A stretch of 64,000 nt of DNA from contig JBEPYN010000001.1 of assembly GCA_041641305.1 (NCBI GenBank), positions 576,001 to 640,000 on the forward strand, read 5' to 3'. Both the position numbers and the translations under genes were made by a program. The notes below the pieces were generated by a model that saw only the letters and a list, made by a program, of their open reading frames with translations, did not search any database and was not told where the DNA came from. Positions 8,289 to 19,131 of this stretch are shown in pieces (the stretch's first letter is position 1; each line of letters starts with the position of its first letter). Source of the stretch: Nitrososphaerota archaeon (GTDB taxonomy: Archaea; Thermoproteota; Nitrososphaeria_A; Caldarchaeales; Caldarchaeaceae).

Positions 8289-8726
8289 ATGCCTGAAGTA
8301 GTGAACAGAGCTAAAGCTGTTTGGCAGGGAGACCTTTTCCATGGACAGGGCACCGTCAGCTTCGACAGCGGAGCGCTTCCAACAGCCGATGTCTCATGGT
8401 CCGCACGCTCCTCAAAGATAAGCGGAAAAACGAATCCAGAAGAACTCATCGCCGCAGCTCATGCCACATGCTTTGCCATGGCTTTGTCCAACATAATCGC
8501 GAAGGAGGGAAAACGAGCTGAGAGACTCGAGGTTACTGCTGAGGTGGTGTTCTCCATCGGCGACCAGGTGAAAATCTCGGAGTCGCGGATAACAGTTGTA
8601 GGAAAAGTGCCGGGAATGGACCAGGCCTCTTTCGAGAAAGCTGCGCAGGCCGCGAAAGATGGTTGCCCAGTCTCCAAAGCGTTAAAAGGAAACGTGAACA
8701 TCACTCTAACAGCCAAGCTTGAATAA
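8289..8726 (+). CDS. osmC: OsmC-family peroxiredoxin
   Basis: TNPEELIAAAHATCF and CPVSKAL motifs. Confidence 0.93.
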   Translation: MPEVVNRAKAVWQGDLFHGQGTVSFDSGALPTADVSWSARSSKISGKTNPEELIAAAHATCFAMALSNIIAKEGKRAERLEVTAEVVFSIGDQVKISESRITVVGKVPGMDQASFEKAAQAAKDGCPVSKALKGNVNITLTAKLE

Positions 8727-9258
8727 AAAAATCCTCGTACCAGCGGCGCTTCTAACCATTTTTCTCGGATTTTTATCAATTCTAGTTTTCTTCGACATCC
8801 AAACACAAGCCACCACAACAACCACCGTCACAAAAAAATCTGAAACCATCTATACGTCAACCACATCGGAGAAGCCGCGGGAGCCGTATGTAAAAATCAG
8901 AGAAGCGGTTTTCTATGTCGAGATAGCTGATGACGATGCGGAGAGGGGAAAAGGCTTATCTGGCAGAGAAAGCCTGCCCGAGGACCGTGGCATGCTTTTT
9001 GTTTTCGAGAACCCGGGCCGCTATAGTTTCTGGATGTATGAAATGCGGTTCGCCCTTGACATTATATGGATAGACGAGGATGGCCGCGTGGTCCACATCG
9101 AGGAAAACCTTCAGCCATGCACACCTAACCAGGTTTGCAGCTCGTACACGCCTTCAGCCGACGCGAAATATGTTTTGGAGGTTAACGCGGGACTTGCCAA
9201 AAAACACGGGATAGTTGTCGGTGATGTGGTTGAGTTTGGGCTGGGCTCAGCCGACTGA
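8719..9258 (+). CDS. DUF192-family exported protein
   Basis: Signal anchor, [22 protein letters not shown], and YVLEVNAG. Confidence 0.88.
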   Translation: MNKKILVPAALLTIFLGFLSILVFFDIQTQATTTTTVTKKSETIYTSTTSEKPREPYVKIREAVFYVEIADDDAERGKGLSGRESLPEDRGMLFVFENPGRYSFWMYEMRFALDIIWIDEDGRVVHIEENLQPCTPNQVCSSYTPSADAKYVLEVNAGLAKKHGIVVGDVVEFGLGSAD

Positions 9259-10647
9259 GCCCGACATCTCTAGCTCGATGAGTCTGTTGAACTCGACGGC
9301 GTATTCCATGGGCAGTGTTTTTGTGAAGGGTTCGAGGAACCCGAGGACAATCATGTTGAGGGCCTCCTGCTCCGAGAGGCCGCGGCTCATCAGGTAGAAG
9401 AGCTGCTCTTCGCCGATTTTTCCGACCGTCGCTTCATGCGTCGCCGTCGTATCCTCCTCGTTTATCTCGTTGTATGGGTAGGTGTCTGTCCGCGAGATGT
9501 CGTCAAGTATCAGGGCGTCGCATCTCACACTGGACTTGACCCGTTTAGCTCCCTTCGCAACATGCAGCAATCCTCTGTAGGATGTTCGCCCGCCGTCCTT
9601 GCATACTGATTTCGAGGTTATTCGTGAAGTGGTGTCAGGCGCGAGATGCACGGCTTTAGCACCGGTGTCCTGGTGCTGGCCGCGTCCAGCGAAAGCCACC
9701 GACAAAATATCCGCCTTAGCACCCCTTCCGAGTAGATAGACACTCGGATACTTCATCGTCACCTTGCTTCCGATGTTGGCGTCAACCCATTCAACCGTCG
9801 CCCCCTCATATGCGTGGGCCCTCTTGGTCACGAGGTTGTAGACATCGCTGCTCCAGTTCTGGAGAGTTGTGTATCTTACGTAGGCGCCTTTCTTAGCAAC
9901 TATCTCGACGACAGCGGTGTGCAGCGAAGAGGTTGAGTATATCGGCGCAGTGCAACCCTCTATATAATGAACCCTGCTGTAGGGCTCGGCTATGATAAGC
10001 GTCCGCTCAAACTGGCCGACGTTGGCCGCGTTGATTCTGAAGTATGCTTGTAGTGGGTACTGGATTTCCACACCTTCGGGTACGTAGATGAAGCTTCCGC
10101 CGCTGAAGACTGCGCTGTTGAGTGCGGCGAACTTGTTGTCCTCAGGGGGCACGACCTTGCCGAAGTAGGGTTTGAAGATGTCAGCATACTCGCGGAAAGC
10201 TGTGTCGGGGTCGACGAAAATCACACCCTTTTTCTCAAGCTCCTTCTGAAGGCTGTGGTAGACGACCTCGCTCTCGTACTGTGCGCCCACGCCTGCGAGG
10301 AATTTTCTCTCCGCCTCCGGTATCCCCAGCCTGTCAAAGGTCTTCTTGATGTATTCGGGGACATCGTCCCAGCTTCTAGCTTTGCGGTCGCTGGGCTTGA
10401 TGTAGTAGTGTATGCGGTCAAAGTCCACGCCCGATAGGTCTGCGCCCCAGATGGGCATGGGTTTCTTATAGAATATCTCGAGGCTCTTGAGCCGGAATTT
10501 TCTCAGCCACTCCGGCTCGTCCTTGTGCTGCGAAATCTCCTCCACAACCTTCTCCGATAGCCCGGGCTTTGACTTGTAAACGTAAAGCTCCGGGTCCTTG
10601 AAGTCATACTTGCTGTAGTCTATTTCGAGCTTCGTCTGTCCAGCCAT
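9247..10647 (-). CDS. sufB: Fe-S cluster assembly scaffold SufB
   Basis: [30 protein letters not shown] and FYLMSRG. Confidence 0.97.
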   Translation of the reverse strand: MAGQTKLEIDYSKYDFKDPELYVYKSKPGLSEKVVEEISQHKDEPEWLRKFRLKSLEIFYKKPMPIWGADLSGVDFDRIHYYIKPSDRKARSWDDVPEYIKKTFDRLGIPEAERKFLAGVGAQYESEVVYHSLQKELEKKGVIFVDPDTAFREYADIFKPYFGKVVPPEDNKFAALNSAVFSGGSFIYVPEGVEIQYPLQAYFRINAANVGQFERTLIIAEPYSRVHYIEGCTAPIYSTSSLHTAVVEIVAKKGAYVRYTTLQNWSSDVYNLVTKRAHAYEGATVEWVDANIGSKVTMKYPSVYLLGRGAKADILSVAFAGRGQHQDTGAKAVHLAPDTTSRITSKSVCKDGGRTSYRGLLHVAKGAKRVKSSVRCDALILDDISRTDTYPYNEINEEDTTATHEATVGKIGEEQLFYLMSRGLSEQEALNMIVLGFLEPFTKTLPMEYAVEFNRLIELEMSGSVG

Positions 10648-10712
10648 TTCGCTATAACGCCGTTATCCCCGCTATTATATGTTACACACCTACATCCATA
10701 GGATAAGCGTCT

Positions 10713-12971
10713 TCAAAGGCTCTCCGGCTTTATTGGAAGCTTTTTCACCCGTTTACCGGTGGCGTCGTAAACCGCGTTCGCGATGGCCGCCGGCGTAGGT
10801 ATACACCCTGTCTCCCCTAAGCCTTTGGCTCCGAAGGGGCCCGCGGGGTCGGGCTTCTCGACGAAAACAGCCTTGATAACAGGTGTTTCGAGGGCCGTGG
10901 GCAGAAGATAGTCTGTTAAGGCTGCGTTGACGACGCGCCCCTGCTCAAGAACCAGCTCCTCATACATGGTGTAGCTGAGGCCCATGGCCACTCCCCCGTG
11001 AACCTGCCCCTCAGCAGCCGCCGGATTAATTATACGCCCCGAGTCATGAACAGAGACAATCTTCAACACTTTCACCCACTTCGTCTCGGGGTCCACTTCG
11101 ACAAGAGCAGCCTGTGCGCCGAAGACATAGGCCGCGGAGAGGTTGCCCATCCAGTTCTCGTCCTGCATCTCCGTGGGCGGGTCATAATACACCGACACCA
11201 CTATGTTGCTTCCTCCCTGCCTGAAATGCAGGCGTCTAACTAGCTTGTCGAACTCTATTTTCTTGGCCGGGTTTTGGATGTCGTACACGGTGTTGTTTTC
11301 GAAGACGAGGTTTTCGGGGGTTGTTTGCAGCATTTCGGCGGCGGCTTTGGCGAGTGTTTCTTTTGCTTTTTTAGCGGCCATTAAGGCGGAGTTGCCTGCA
11401 ACGAATGTGGCCCGGCTCGCGTGCGTCCCCACATCCCATGGCCTTATCGAGGCGTCGTCGTTGACAACCCGCACCTTCTCCAAAGGTATGCCCAGTTCTT
11501 CGGCTACTATCTGCGCGATTGCTGTGTCGGAGCCTGTGCCGAGGTCTGTTGAACCCGTTATGACCGTGACGAGGCCGAAGTCGTCTATGGTGAGGATTGT
11601 TCCGCATCCATCGGACCTGTATACGCGTGCGCCTCCGCCGACGTGGAAAAAGGCCGCGAACCCTATGCCTCGGTTGGGCCCGGCCATCCCTCTTCCACGC
11701 CATCCAATCTCCTCCGCTGCTCTCCTCAAACACTCGCGGAGCTCGCACGTGGTTATTCTCATGCCCTGCGGCGTGACGCTGTTGGGTTTGTTGGCGTTGA
11801 GTATGCGGAACATAACAGGGTCCATGCCCAGCTCCTCGGCCAAAGCGTCCATCTGCTGCTCGATGGCGAATGTTATCTGGGGGTTGCCCGCTCCTCTCTG
11901 CGTGCCTGTGTATGGGTTGTTGGTGTAGACAACAGTGGCCTCGAACAAAACCTCGGGAACGGTGTAGAGGCCCGTTGAAGTCGCCATCATCACACGTCCA
12001 TCAAAAGGACCCCATGAAACATACGCACCCGCGTCGAGTATTACACGCGCCTCTCTGGCCAACAGTCTGCCGTCGCGGTCGGCGGCTGTCCGCATGTAGA
12101 TTATCGCCGGCTGCCGCGGAGGCGCGTACTGAAGCTCCTCCTCACGGGTGAACACAAGCTTGACGGGGCGACGTGTCTTCATGGAGAGGACGGCCGCTAT
12201 CGGGTCGAGGGGGTAAACGTCCATGCCGCGTCCAAACGCGCCGCCTATCTCAGGCTGTATCACCCTTATGTTCGCCGGGTTAATTCCGAGGATTTTTCCG
12301 AGCTCGTGGCGGTAGAGAAACGGTGCCTGTGTGTTTGTGTAGACGGTGAGTTCTCCGAGGCTGTTGTAGTGTGCGACAACACCCATAGTTCCGAGCGGTG
12401 AGGCGTTGTTGGAGTGGACTTGGTAGCGGTCTGAGACGACTGCCGCCGCCTTTTCAAACACCTGGTTTATGTTTGCGATGTCGCTGGTTGAGAAACGCAT
12501 CTTGAGGTCTACTACGTTGCTGCCGTTTTCCTCGTGGACGAGAGGAGCGTCCGGTTTCATGGCATCCTCCGGGTCGAAGACACCCTCTAGAGGCTCATAC
12601 TCCACCTCAATAGCTTCAACGGCTTCTTCAGCGGCTTCAGGTGTTTCGGCTGCGACGGCGGCGACCTCGTCCCTCACCGAGCGAACCTTCCCCGTCTTCA
12701 GCGGCGGATGATCCTCAAGGATACCCATGCGTCCAAGCTGCACATCATATCCCGTCACAACCGCCCTCACCCCGGGAACACGCCAGGCCTTCTCGGTGTT
12801 TATCCGCAGAATCCTCGCATGAGGGTATCTGCTTCTCAGTATCTTGGCGTAGAGCATGTTGGGGAGCTCGATATCATCGACATAGCGTGCGGCTCCGACG
12901 ACCTTCAGCCCGCCGTCAATCTTTGGAACGGATTTGCCCACGACACTGTAACGCTCAGCGGTGACAAGCAC
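10713..12971 (-). CDS. Xanthine dehydrogenase-family molybdopterin-binding large subunit
   Basis: ILRSRYPHARI, IGGAFG, QRGAGNPQ, GQVHGG and GAKGLGE. Lacks the CO dehydrogenase VAYRCSFR loop. Confidence 0.93.
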   Translation of the reverse strand: MLVTAERYSVVGKSVPKIDGGLKVVGAARYVDDIELPNMLYAKILRSRYPHARILRINTEKAWRVPGVRAVVTGYDVQLGRMGILEDHPPLKTGKVRSVRDEVAAVAAETPEAAEEAVEAIEVEYEPLEGVFDPEDAMKPDAPLVHEENGSNVVDLKMRFSTSDIANINQVFEKAAAVVSDRYQVHSNNASPLGTMGVVAHYNSLGELTVYTNTQAPFLYRHELGKILGINPANIRVIQPEIGGAFGRGMDVYPLDPIAAVLSMKTRRPVKLVFTREEELQYAPPRQPAIIYMRTAADRDGRLLAREARVILDAGAYVSWGPFDGRVMMATSTGLYTVPEVLFEATVVYTNNPYTGTQRGAGNPQITFAIEQQMDALAEELGMDPVMFRILNANKPNSVTPQGMRITTCELRECLRRAAEEIGWRGRGMAGPNRGIGFAAFFHVGGGARVYRSDGCGTILTIDDFGLVTVITGSTDLGTGSDTAIAQIVAEELGIPLEKVRVVNDDASIRPWDVGTHASRATFVAGNSALMAAKKAKETLAKAAAEMLQTTPENLVFENNTVYDIQNPAKKIEFDKLVRRLHFRQGGSNIVVSVYYDPPTEMQDENWMGNLSAAYVFGAQAALVEVDPETKWVKVLKIVSVHDSGRIINPAAAEGQVHGGVAMGLSYTMYEELVLEQGRVVNAALTDYLLPTALETPVIKAVFVEKPDPAGPFGAKGLGETGCIPTPAAIANAVYDATGKRVKKLPIKPESL

Positions 12972-13050
12972 ATAAATGAAGACTTGGATGCATGGTTTAA
13001 ACTTTGCCGAGGACAGGTTTACACTTAAGTCATGGCTCTACGCTGTATAC

Positions 13051-14214
13051 TTGAGGCTGGTTAGCTTGTTGTTGATGATACCTGGCCCGACTGAGATTGA
13101 TGAACGGGTTATCCGTGCTATGGCGCGGCAGATGATTGACCACCGGTCGGAAGAATTTCATGTGCTCATGAGGAGTGTGGTGGAGAAGTCTCGGAAAATT
13201 TTTGAAACAAACGGCTCCGATGTCTACGTTTTGACGGCTTCTGGGACGGGGGGTGTCGAGGCTGCTGCGGCGAATCTCACACAGCCTGGGGACAAGGTCC
13301 TGGTTCTCTCGGCTGGGTTGTTTGCGGATAGGATGGCGGAGGCATTCGCAGCCTATGGCGCGAACGTTGTTAAGCACCAGCTTGAAAACGGCCAGGGCCC
13401 CAATCCCGAGGCCGTGAAGAAACTGTTGGAGACGCATCCCGACGCAGCTGTTGTAGCTTTTCCATTCAACGAAACCTCCACGGGGATAATCTCGCGCGAC
13501 GTTAAGGAGATTGGCAGGATTTGCCGTGAGCATGGTGCTTTGCTTGTTGTAGATGCTGTGACGGCGGTCGGTGGAGTGAGGGTTGCCGTCGACGAATACA
13601 ACATAGATTTCTGTGTGGCGGGGACGCAGAAGTGTTTGGCTACGCCGCCGGGGCTTGCGTTGGTTACTGTTTCCAAACGTGCTTGGGAGAAGATTGAGCG
13701 GAAAAAGCTTCGTCCACCCTACTTCGACCTCGTCAAGTATAGGCATTTTATGGAGAGGTGGGAGACGCCGTTCACACCAGCGGTTACGCTTTTCTGGGCG
13801 TATGACGAGGCTTTGAACATCATCTTCGAGTACGGCTATGAGAGGTGGCTTGCTCGCCACGCAGCCGGGGCTGCGGGCCTCTACGCCGGCCTACGCACAT
13901 ACGGGCTGGAGTTCTACGCTGGCCCAGGTTTCGAGTCCCCGATTGTTGCGGCTATGCATATTCCTCCAGGGCTCACAGACACGGCTATCCGTGAAACGAT
14001 GAAGAAGAGATATGGTATATTGATTTCGGGTGGTCTCGCGCATTACAAGGGTAAGATGTTCCGCATAGCTAACATCGGGTTGATTACTCGGGAGAAGGTT
14101 GTGAACACGGTTTTTGCTTTGGGGAAGACGTTGAAGTCTCTTGGAATGGATGTGAACGTTTCTGAGGCGGTTGAGAATGCTGAGCATGAGCTTGACCGTA
14201 GCTGGCCGAGCTGA
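13051..14214 (+). CDS. Class V PLP aminotransferase (serine-pyruvate/alanine-glyoxylate family)
   Basis: LMIPGPT, NETSTG, VDAVT, GTQKCL..PPG and TPFTP. Start approximate. Confidence 0.93.
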   Translation: MRLVSLLLMIPGPTEIDERVIRAMARQMIDHRSEEFHVLMRSVVEKSRKIFETNGSDVYVLTASGTGGVEAAAANLTQPGDKVLVLSAGLFADRMAEAFAAYGANVVKHQLENGQGPNPEAVKKLLETHPDAAVVAFPFNETSTGIISRDVKEIGRICREHGALLVVDAVTAVGGVRVAVDEYNIDFCVAGTQKCLATPPGLALVTVSKRAWEKIERKKLRPPYFDLVKYRHFMERWETPFTPAVTLFWAYDEALNIIFEYGYERWLARHAAGAAGLYAGLRTYGLEFYAGPGFESPIVAAMHIPPGLTDTAIRETMKKRYGILISGGLAHYKGKMFRIANIGLITREKVVNTVFALGKTLKSLGMDVNVSEAVENAEHELDRSWPS

Positions 14215-14217
14215 GGC

Positions 14218-14655
14218 ATGTTTTTCGAGGATTTTGAGGTGGAGCGGGAGTTTGTCTCCCGCGAGAGGGTTGTGACATCTTCTGACATAGACCTTTTCGC
14301 GACTTGGACGTGGGCGGCTAACCCGCTTTTTCTCAGCGACGGCTTCGCGAGGGGGAGGGGGTTTCCGCAGCGGATCGCTCCCGGCGCCCTTGTCATATCA
14401 TTCGCCATAGGCCTCCTGTATCAGACAGGTGCTTTCGACAACATAGTTGCTCTCGCGTCGATTGATAAGATGAGTTTCAGGTCGCCGACGATGCCCGGGG
14501 ACAGCATCAAGGCCGTTGCAAAGGTTGTGGAGAAACGTGAGTCCAAGTCTCCTGACCGTGGGCTTGTAAAGCTTGAGGTTACGTGCCATAACCTGACGCG
14601 TGGGGCTGTTGCTTTTTCGGCTGAGATGCTTTTCGTGGTTCTCCGCAAAGCTTAA
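14218..14655 (+). CDS. MaoC/hotdog-fold dehydratase
   Basis: FFEDFEV..., DIDLFA..NPL, RIAPG and F..P..PGD. Confidence 0.88.
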   Translation: MFFEDFEVEREFVSRERVVTSSDIDLFATWTWAANPLFLSDGFARGRGFPQRIAPGALVISFAIGLLYQTGAFDNIVALASIDKMSFRSPTMPGDSIKAVAKVVEKRESKSPDRGLVKLEVTCHNLTRGAVAFSAEMLFVVLRKA

Positions 14656-14680
14656 ACAACTGTTTGGGAGATGTGTTTGC

Positions 14681-15400
14681 GTGGAGCACGGGAGAACCAA
14701 GCTTCTGTATCTTGATGACTCTTATTTGTCGAGTTTTTCGGCTAGGGTTGTTGAGGCCGTTGGCGATGTTGTTGTTTTGGATAGGACGGCTTTTCATCCG
14801 CGTGGTGGTGGGCTTGTCTCTGATGTTGGGGTTCTCCGGTTTGGTGGTGTTGAGGCACGTGTTGTGGAGGCTTTTTTCATGGATTCTGGTGTTGGGCATA
14901 GGGTTGAGGGGCCGTTGCCTGGTGTGGGTGAGGTTGTTGAGGGAGTGGTTGATTGGGGGAAGAGGTATAGGGTTATGAGGATGCATACGGGGCTGCATGT
15001 TTTGGCTGCTACGATGGTTGAGAGAACCGGGGCGTTAATCACTGGTAACAACATCTCTTTTGACGGTGGGCGTGTCGACTTTAGTTTGGAGGCGTTTGAC
15101 CGGAGGGTTATCGAGGATGTTGTGGAGGAGACGAATAGGCGTCTGGCCGAGGATCATCCCGTCAACGTCTATTACATGGAGAGGGAGAAGGTGTTGAGCA
15201 CTCCTGGGATGGTTAAGCTGGCGAATAGGCTTCCTCCCGATGTCCCGGTTCTCAGGATTGTTGAGATAACGGGGCTTGATGTTCAGGCTGATGGGGGTCC
15301 GCATGTGAAAAACACTAGGGAAGTGGGTAGGGTGGAGGTTGTGAAGCTGGAGAATAAGGGGAGGACGAATAGGCGGCTCTATTTCACGGTCTCTCCTTAA
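14681..15400 (+). CDS. alaX: Free-standing alanyl-tRNA editing protein AlaX-M
   Basis: LYLDDSY, RTAFHPRGGG..D, MRMHTGLH and QADGGPHV. Confidence 0.93.
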   Translation: MEHGRTKLLYLDDSYLSSFSARVVEAVGDVVVLDRTAFHPRGGGLVSDVGVLRFGGVEARVVEAFFMDSGVGHRVEGPLPGVGEVVEGVVDWGKRYRVMRMHTGLHVLAATMVERTGALITGNNISFDGGRVDFSLEAFDRRVIEDVVEETNRRLAEDHPVNVYYMEREKVLSTPGMVKLANRLPPDVPVLRIVEITGLDVQADGGPHVKNTREVGRVEVVKLENKGRTNRRLYFTVSP

Positions 15401-15417
15401 ATAAGGGAGCGTGTAAA

Positions 15418-15491
15418 TTGTTTTGATGATGAGACTGACCTGTTCAGAGAGCCGCGTCGCTCGATGAAGAACATACACCTCTCTGAAACAA
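15418..15491 (+). ncRNA. C/D-box methylation guide sRNA
   Basis: Box C ATGATGA 15426-15432; 12-nt guide; D' CAGA 15445-15448; GAGC/GCTC hairpin; C' ATGAAGA 15464-15470; 12-nt guide; box D CTGA 15483-15486; terminal TTGTT/AACAA stem. Confidence 0.85.
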
Positions 15492-15503
15492 ACATCCCCC
15501 AAT

Positions 15504-18500
15504 CTTTCAACCCCCTCTCACGGGACCGCATGTTTTCCGCCGTCCGTGAAGGACAGCTAGAGATAGCCCACTTTCAATTCCCTCTCGCGGGATCAGATAC
15601 GTGGCAGGTTTAGGGTCTTTGGCGAGAGTCTAAACATAGGCGCTTTCAATTCCCTCTTGCGGGATCAGGACGAGTATATCGTCGAGCTCTTGGCTCTTCT
15701 CGACGCTTACTTCTACTTTCAATTCCCTCTTGCGGGATCAGACACCGCTGTGGCGGGTAGGTCGAAACGTAATCTGGATGAAGTTTGTCTCCTTTCAATT
15801 CCCTCTTGCGGGATCAGTGGGGTGGTCGTTTATGACCACCTCAACGACGACAAAGACGAACTTTCAATTCCCTCTTGCGGGATCAGCTGTTGAAGTCATT
15901 AGCCGAAGCATAATCAAAAACGTGATTATTACTTTCAATTCCCTCTTGCGGGATCAGATCTCTGCAGCTGACATAGATAAGAGATTTGTAGGCGGGGTAA
16001 CTTTCAATTCCCTCTTGCGGGATCAGTCTGATGTCTAAGTCCTGAAGATTAAGGCGGTATAGGCTTTCAATTCCCTCTTGCGGGATCAGAGATTAGCCGC
16101 TGAATATGCAGCCATGGTCTCCGCCCAGACTGGCTGGCAATATGTTTCTTTCAATTCCCTCTTGCGGGATCAGTTAGCCAGAGCTCATAGTCGGGGTCTG
16201 GCAGGGAAAAAGAGACAACACTTTCAATTCCCTCTTGCGGGATCAGATGATAATGGATGCGTGCTCGGCGTAGCTAAGGGATGCGAACCTTTCAATTCCC
16301 TCTTGCGGGATCAGGTAGCATCTCAACCAGCTCCCGGTGGTCATCGTCAGACATCGCTCGATACTTTCAATTCCCTCTTGCGGGATCAGGGACACCACTG
16401 CCTAGTGAAGATGCTGTGCGACGACTGCGGTAAAAGACTTTCAATTCCCTCTTACGGGATCAGTGAAATACAGGTGAACGTCGGCCCCCAGCTTGAGCAG
16501 ACCATATCTTTCAATTCCCTCTTACGGGATCAGGGTATATAACAATAGCACAGCCTCCATAACGGTTGACTTTCAATTCCCTCTTACGGGATCAGTGGTT
16601 TTCGAACGTTTCTGGATTACTCTGGCTCTGAACGGCGCCTGCTTTCAATTCCCTCTTACGGGATCAGTGTAGTAGCTGCAGTATGAGCTGCAGAAAGCCA
16701 TTTGGCAGGCCTTGTACTTTCAATTCCCTCTTACGGGATCAGACGTGTATCGCAAGCATTTCAGCCGACTGAATGAGGCCGACATACTGCTATCCGCAAT
16801 CTTTCAATTCCCTCTTACGGGATCAGATACATACAGCCACACGGATACAACAAGGTATTACTCGAGCTATCTTTCAATTCCCTCTTACGGGATCAGAAAA
16901 TCCAGCCTATCACCAGCCCCAAACAAAACGTTACCTGTGGCAGAAAAACTTTCAATTCCCTCTTACGGGATCAGTTTTCTTCAGCAGGCGAGGGCTGGGG
17001 CCTGGCTGGCAGGAGGCCTTTCAATTCCCTCTTACGGGATCAGCAGCGGGTTTTCGCTAGACCATGTGGAGCCATTATAGTATTGCTTTCAATTCCCTCT
17101 TACGGGATCAGAGAACCTTGTGAAAAACCACCATAGCAAGAAGCTGGTCAAGAGCTTTCAATTCCCTCTTACGGGATCAGACATCCATGTCAGTTATAAA
17201 GGCAGGCATCTCAGTTAATCTTTCAATTCCCTCTTACGGGATCAGCCGGCATGGCACCTGCACCGACACCATTTGAAAACCCAAACAACACTTTCAATTC
17301 CCTCTTACGGGATCAGATGCCTCTTAAATTTTATTACGTCGTTCATGGTGTGTGTACTTTCAATTCCCTCTTACGGGATCAGCTGTCCTATAATCCTCTT
17401 CAGCAGCTTGGATGCCAGGTCCATATCCTTTCAATTCCCTCTTACGGGATCAGTCAACCACATCCACCCTGACCATCCCCAACCTAATCTTTCAATTCCC
17501 TCTTACGGGATCAGTTAGTCTCTCTTTACAATTCCACCATTTTTCGGGGATGAAAAACTTTCAATTCCCTCTTACGGGATCAGAAATTGACGAAGAAAGT
17601 TCAGATACAGAAATAGATTATGAAGCTTTCAATTCCCTCTTACGGGATCAGTTTCTCGGAACTCCACGGTGTCTGCGTTGAATGCGTTGAGGAAAATACT
17701 TTCAATTCCCTCTTACGGGATCAGATGAGGGGGGGCGGGCTAGAGCCGCCGCCGACCCGGTGGGTCAAACTTTCAATTCCCTCTTACGGGATCAGATATG
17801 TGACCTGCCCCTTCTGCCTTGGAAACGGAAAACTAACCTTTCAATTCCCTCTTACGGGATCAGGCAAAAGAGTTTAGCTCCAGGCGGGGGGATGTGCTGT
17901 GGAGCTTTCAATTCCCTCTTACGGGATCAGATGCTAAGGTGCGACGTAATAGCGTGGTTACGTGTCGGAGGTTTTTCTTTCAATTCCCTCTTACGGGATC
18001 AGCGGATATACGATTTGGGGGCCGAATCATTACACGCGTGCTTTCAATTCCCTCTTACGGGATCAGTCACTACTTTTGGTTTGGCGTTCATGGGCGTGGA
18101 TACCACTTTCAATTCCCTCTTACGGGATCAGTTGGTTTTGGTTTGCTTTTGCATGCGGTTCCGGGGATTCCCTTTCAATTCCCTCTTACGGGATCAGGAT
18201 AATTCTTGGGGCCTCGCAGGGCGTGAGTGGGAGCTTTGGCTTTCAATTCCCTCTTACGGGATCAGTGCGAGGAACCTCGGCTGGGACATCGGCTTCGCGA
18301 AAACATTCCTTTCAATTCCCTCTTACGGGATCAGTTTCGATAAAGTTTTTATCATCGAAGGCAGAGAGTTGGCCTTTCAATTCCCTCTTACGGGATCAGA
18401 GTATCACTTTCCGCGAAGATATCCACAATATGCCAAACCTCATTTGACTTTCAATTCCCTCTTACGGGATCAGGTGGCCCGCGGCCATGTCCACTACCAC

Positions 18501-18963
18501 CTCGTCGCGCAGATAGCTTTCAATTCCCTCTTACGGGATCAGCCAAACCAAACCCTTCCCGTGTTGTTCGGATCAGCTTTCAAACTTTCAATTCCCTCTT
18601 ACGGGATCAGTAAACCCTTAGTGTCCAGCCACACCCTTGTTTCCTGTGTGTACTTTCAATTCCCTCTTACGGGATCAGGGAAGTTTGACTGTGGCTAATC
18701 CATGGGTTGATTTTTCAAGCTTTCAATTCCCTCTTACGGGATCAGGTCAAGCATCATGTCAGCCATTTACGCAGCACCTCCGGACACCATCACTTTCAAT
18801 TCCCTCTTACGGGATCAGTTGATTGTGTTGGCTTTGCTTATGCGTTTGTTGAGGTGATGTGTACTTTCAATTCCCTCTTACGGGATCAGAACCCTACTCG
18901 AGGCAGTCCACGAACTACCCTGCAACACATATGGATTCTTTCAATTCCCTCTTACGGGATCAG
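15504..18963 (-). CRISPR. CRISPR array: 50 repeats (26 bp, CTGATCCCGTAAGAGGGAATTGAAAG on the minus strand) and 49 spacers of ~35-58 bp
   Basis: Repeats counted by hand. The ATTGAAAG 3' end, degenerate repeats at 15504 and 15571 (trailer) and the AT-rich leader on the right give minus orientation. Confidence 0.98.
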
Positions 18964-19131
18964 TGTGTGTTTTTTCTTTGTTTTTTGAATTTTTGCGGCA
19001 TTTTGTCGCCGCTTGTTTTCAGGCTAAAAATGTTTAGAGGTGCTATTTAGGTTTATCCCACCAAATCACCCATAAAACCTTATAAACAATCAATGAAACC
19101 GCTGGGGAAAATATCTCAGCTATAAGCTTTG
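18964..19131 (-). promoter_or_regulatory. CRISPR leader
   Basis: AT-rich non-coding stretch next to the last perfect repeat, with a TTTATAA TATA-like box at ~19080-19086 on the minus strand. Confidence 0.8.

Noticed and set aside
10713-12971. Aerobic CO dehydrogenase CoxL call
   Set aside because: Lacks the VAYRCSFR form I signature; kept as a generic XDH-family subunit.
13030-13860. Long antisense ORFs (also 11203-11928, 19807-20541, 20796-21419 and 63538-63912)
   Set aside because: They are shadows of well-supported genes on the opposite strand.
15657-19050. Many ORFs up to 312 aa across the CRISPR array
   Set aside because: These are translations of repeats (FNSLLRDQ, FQFPLTGS, LSIPSYGI), not genes.
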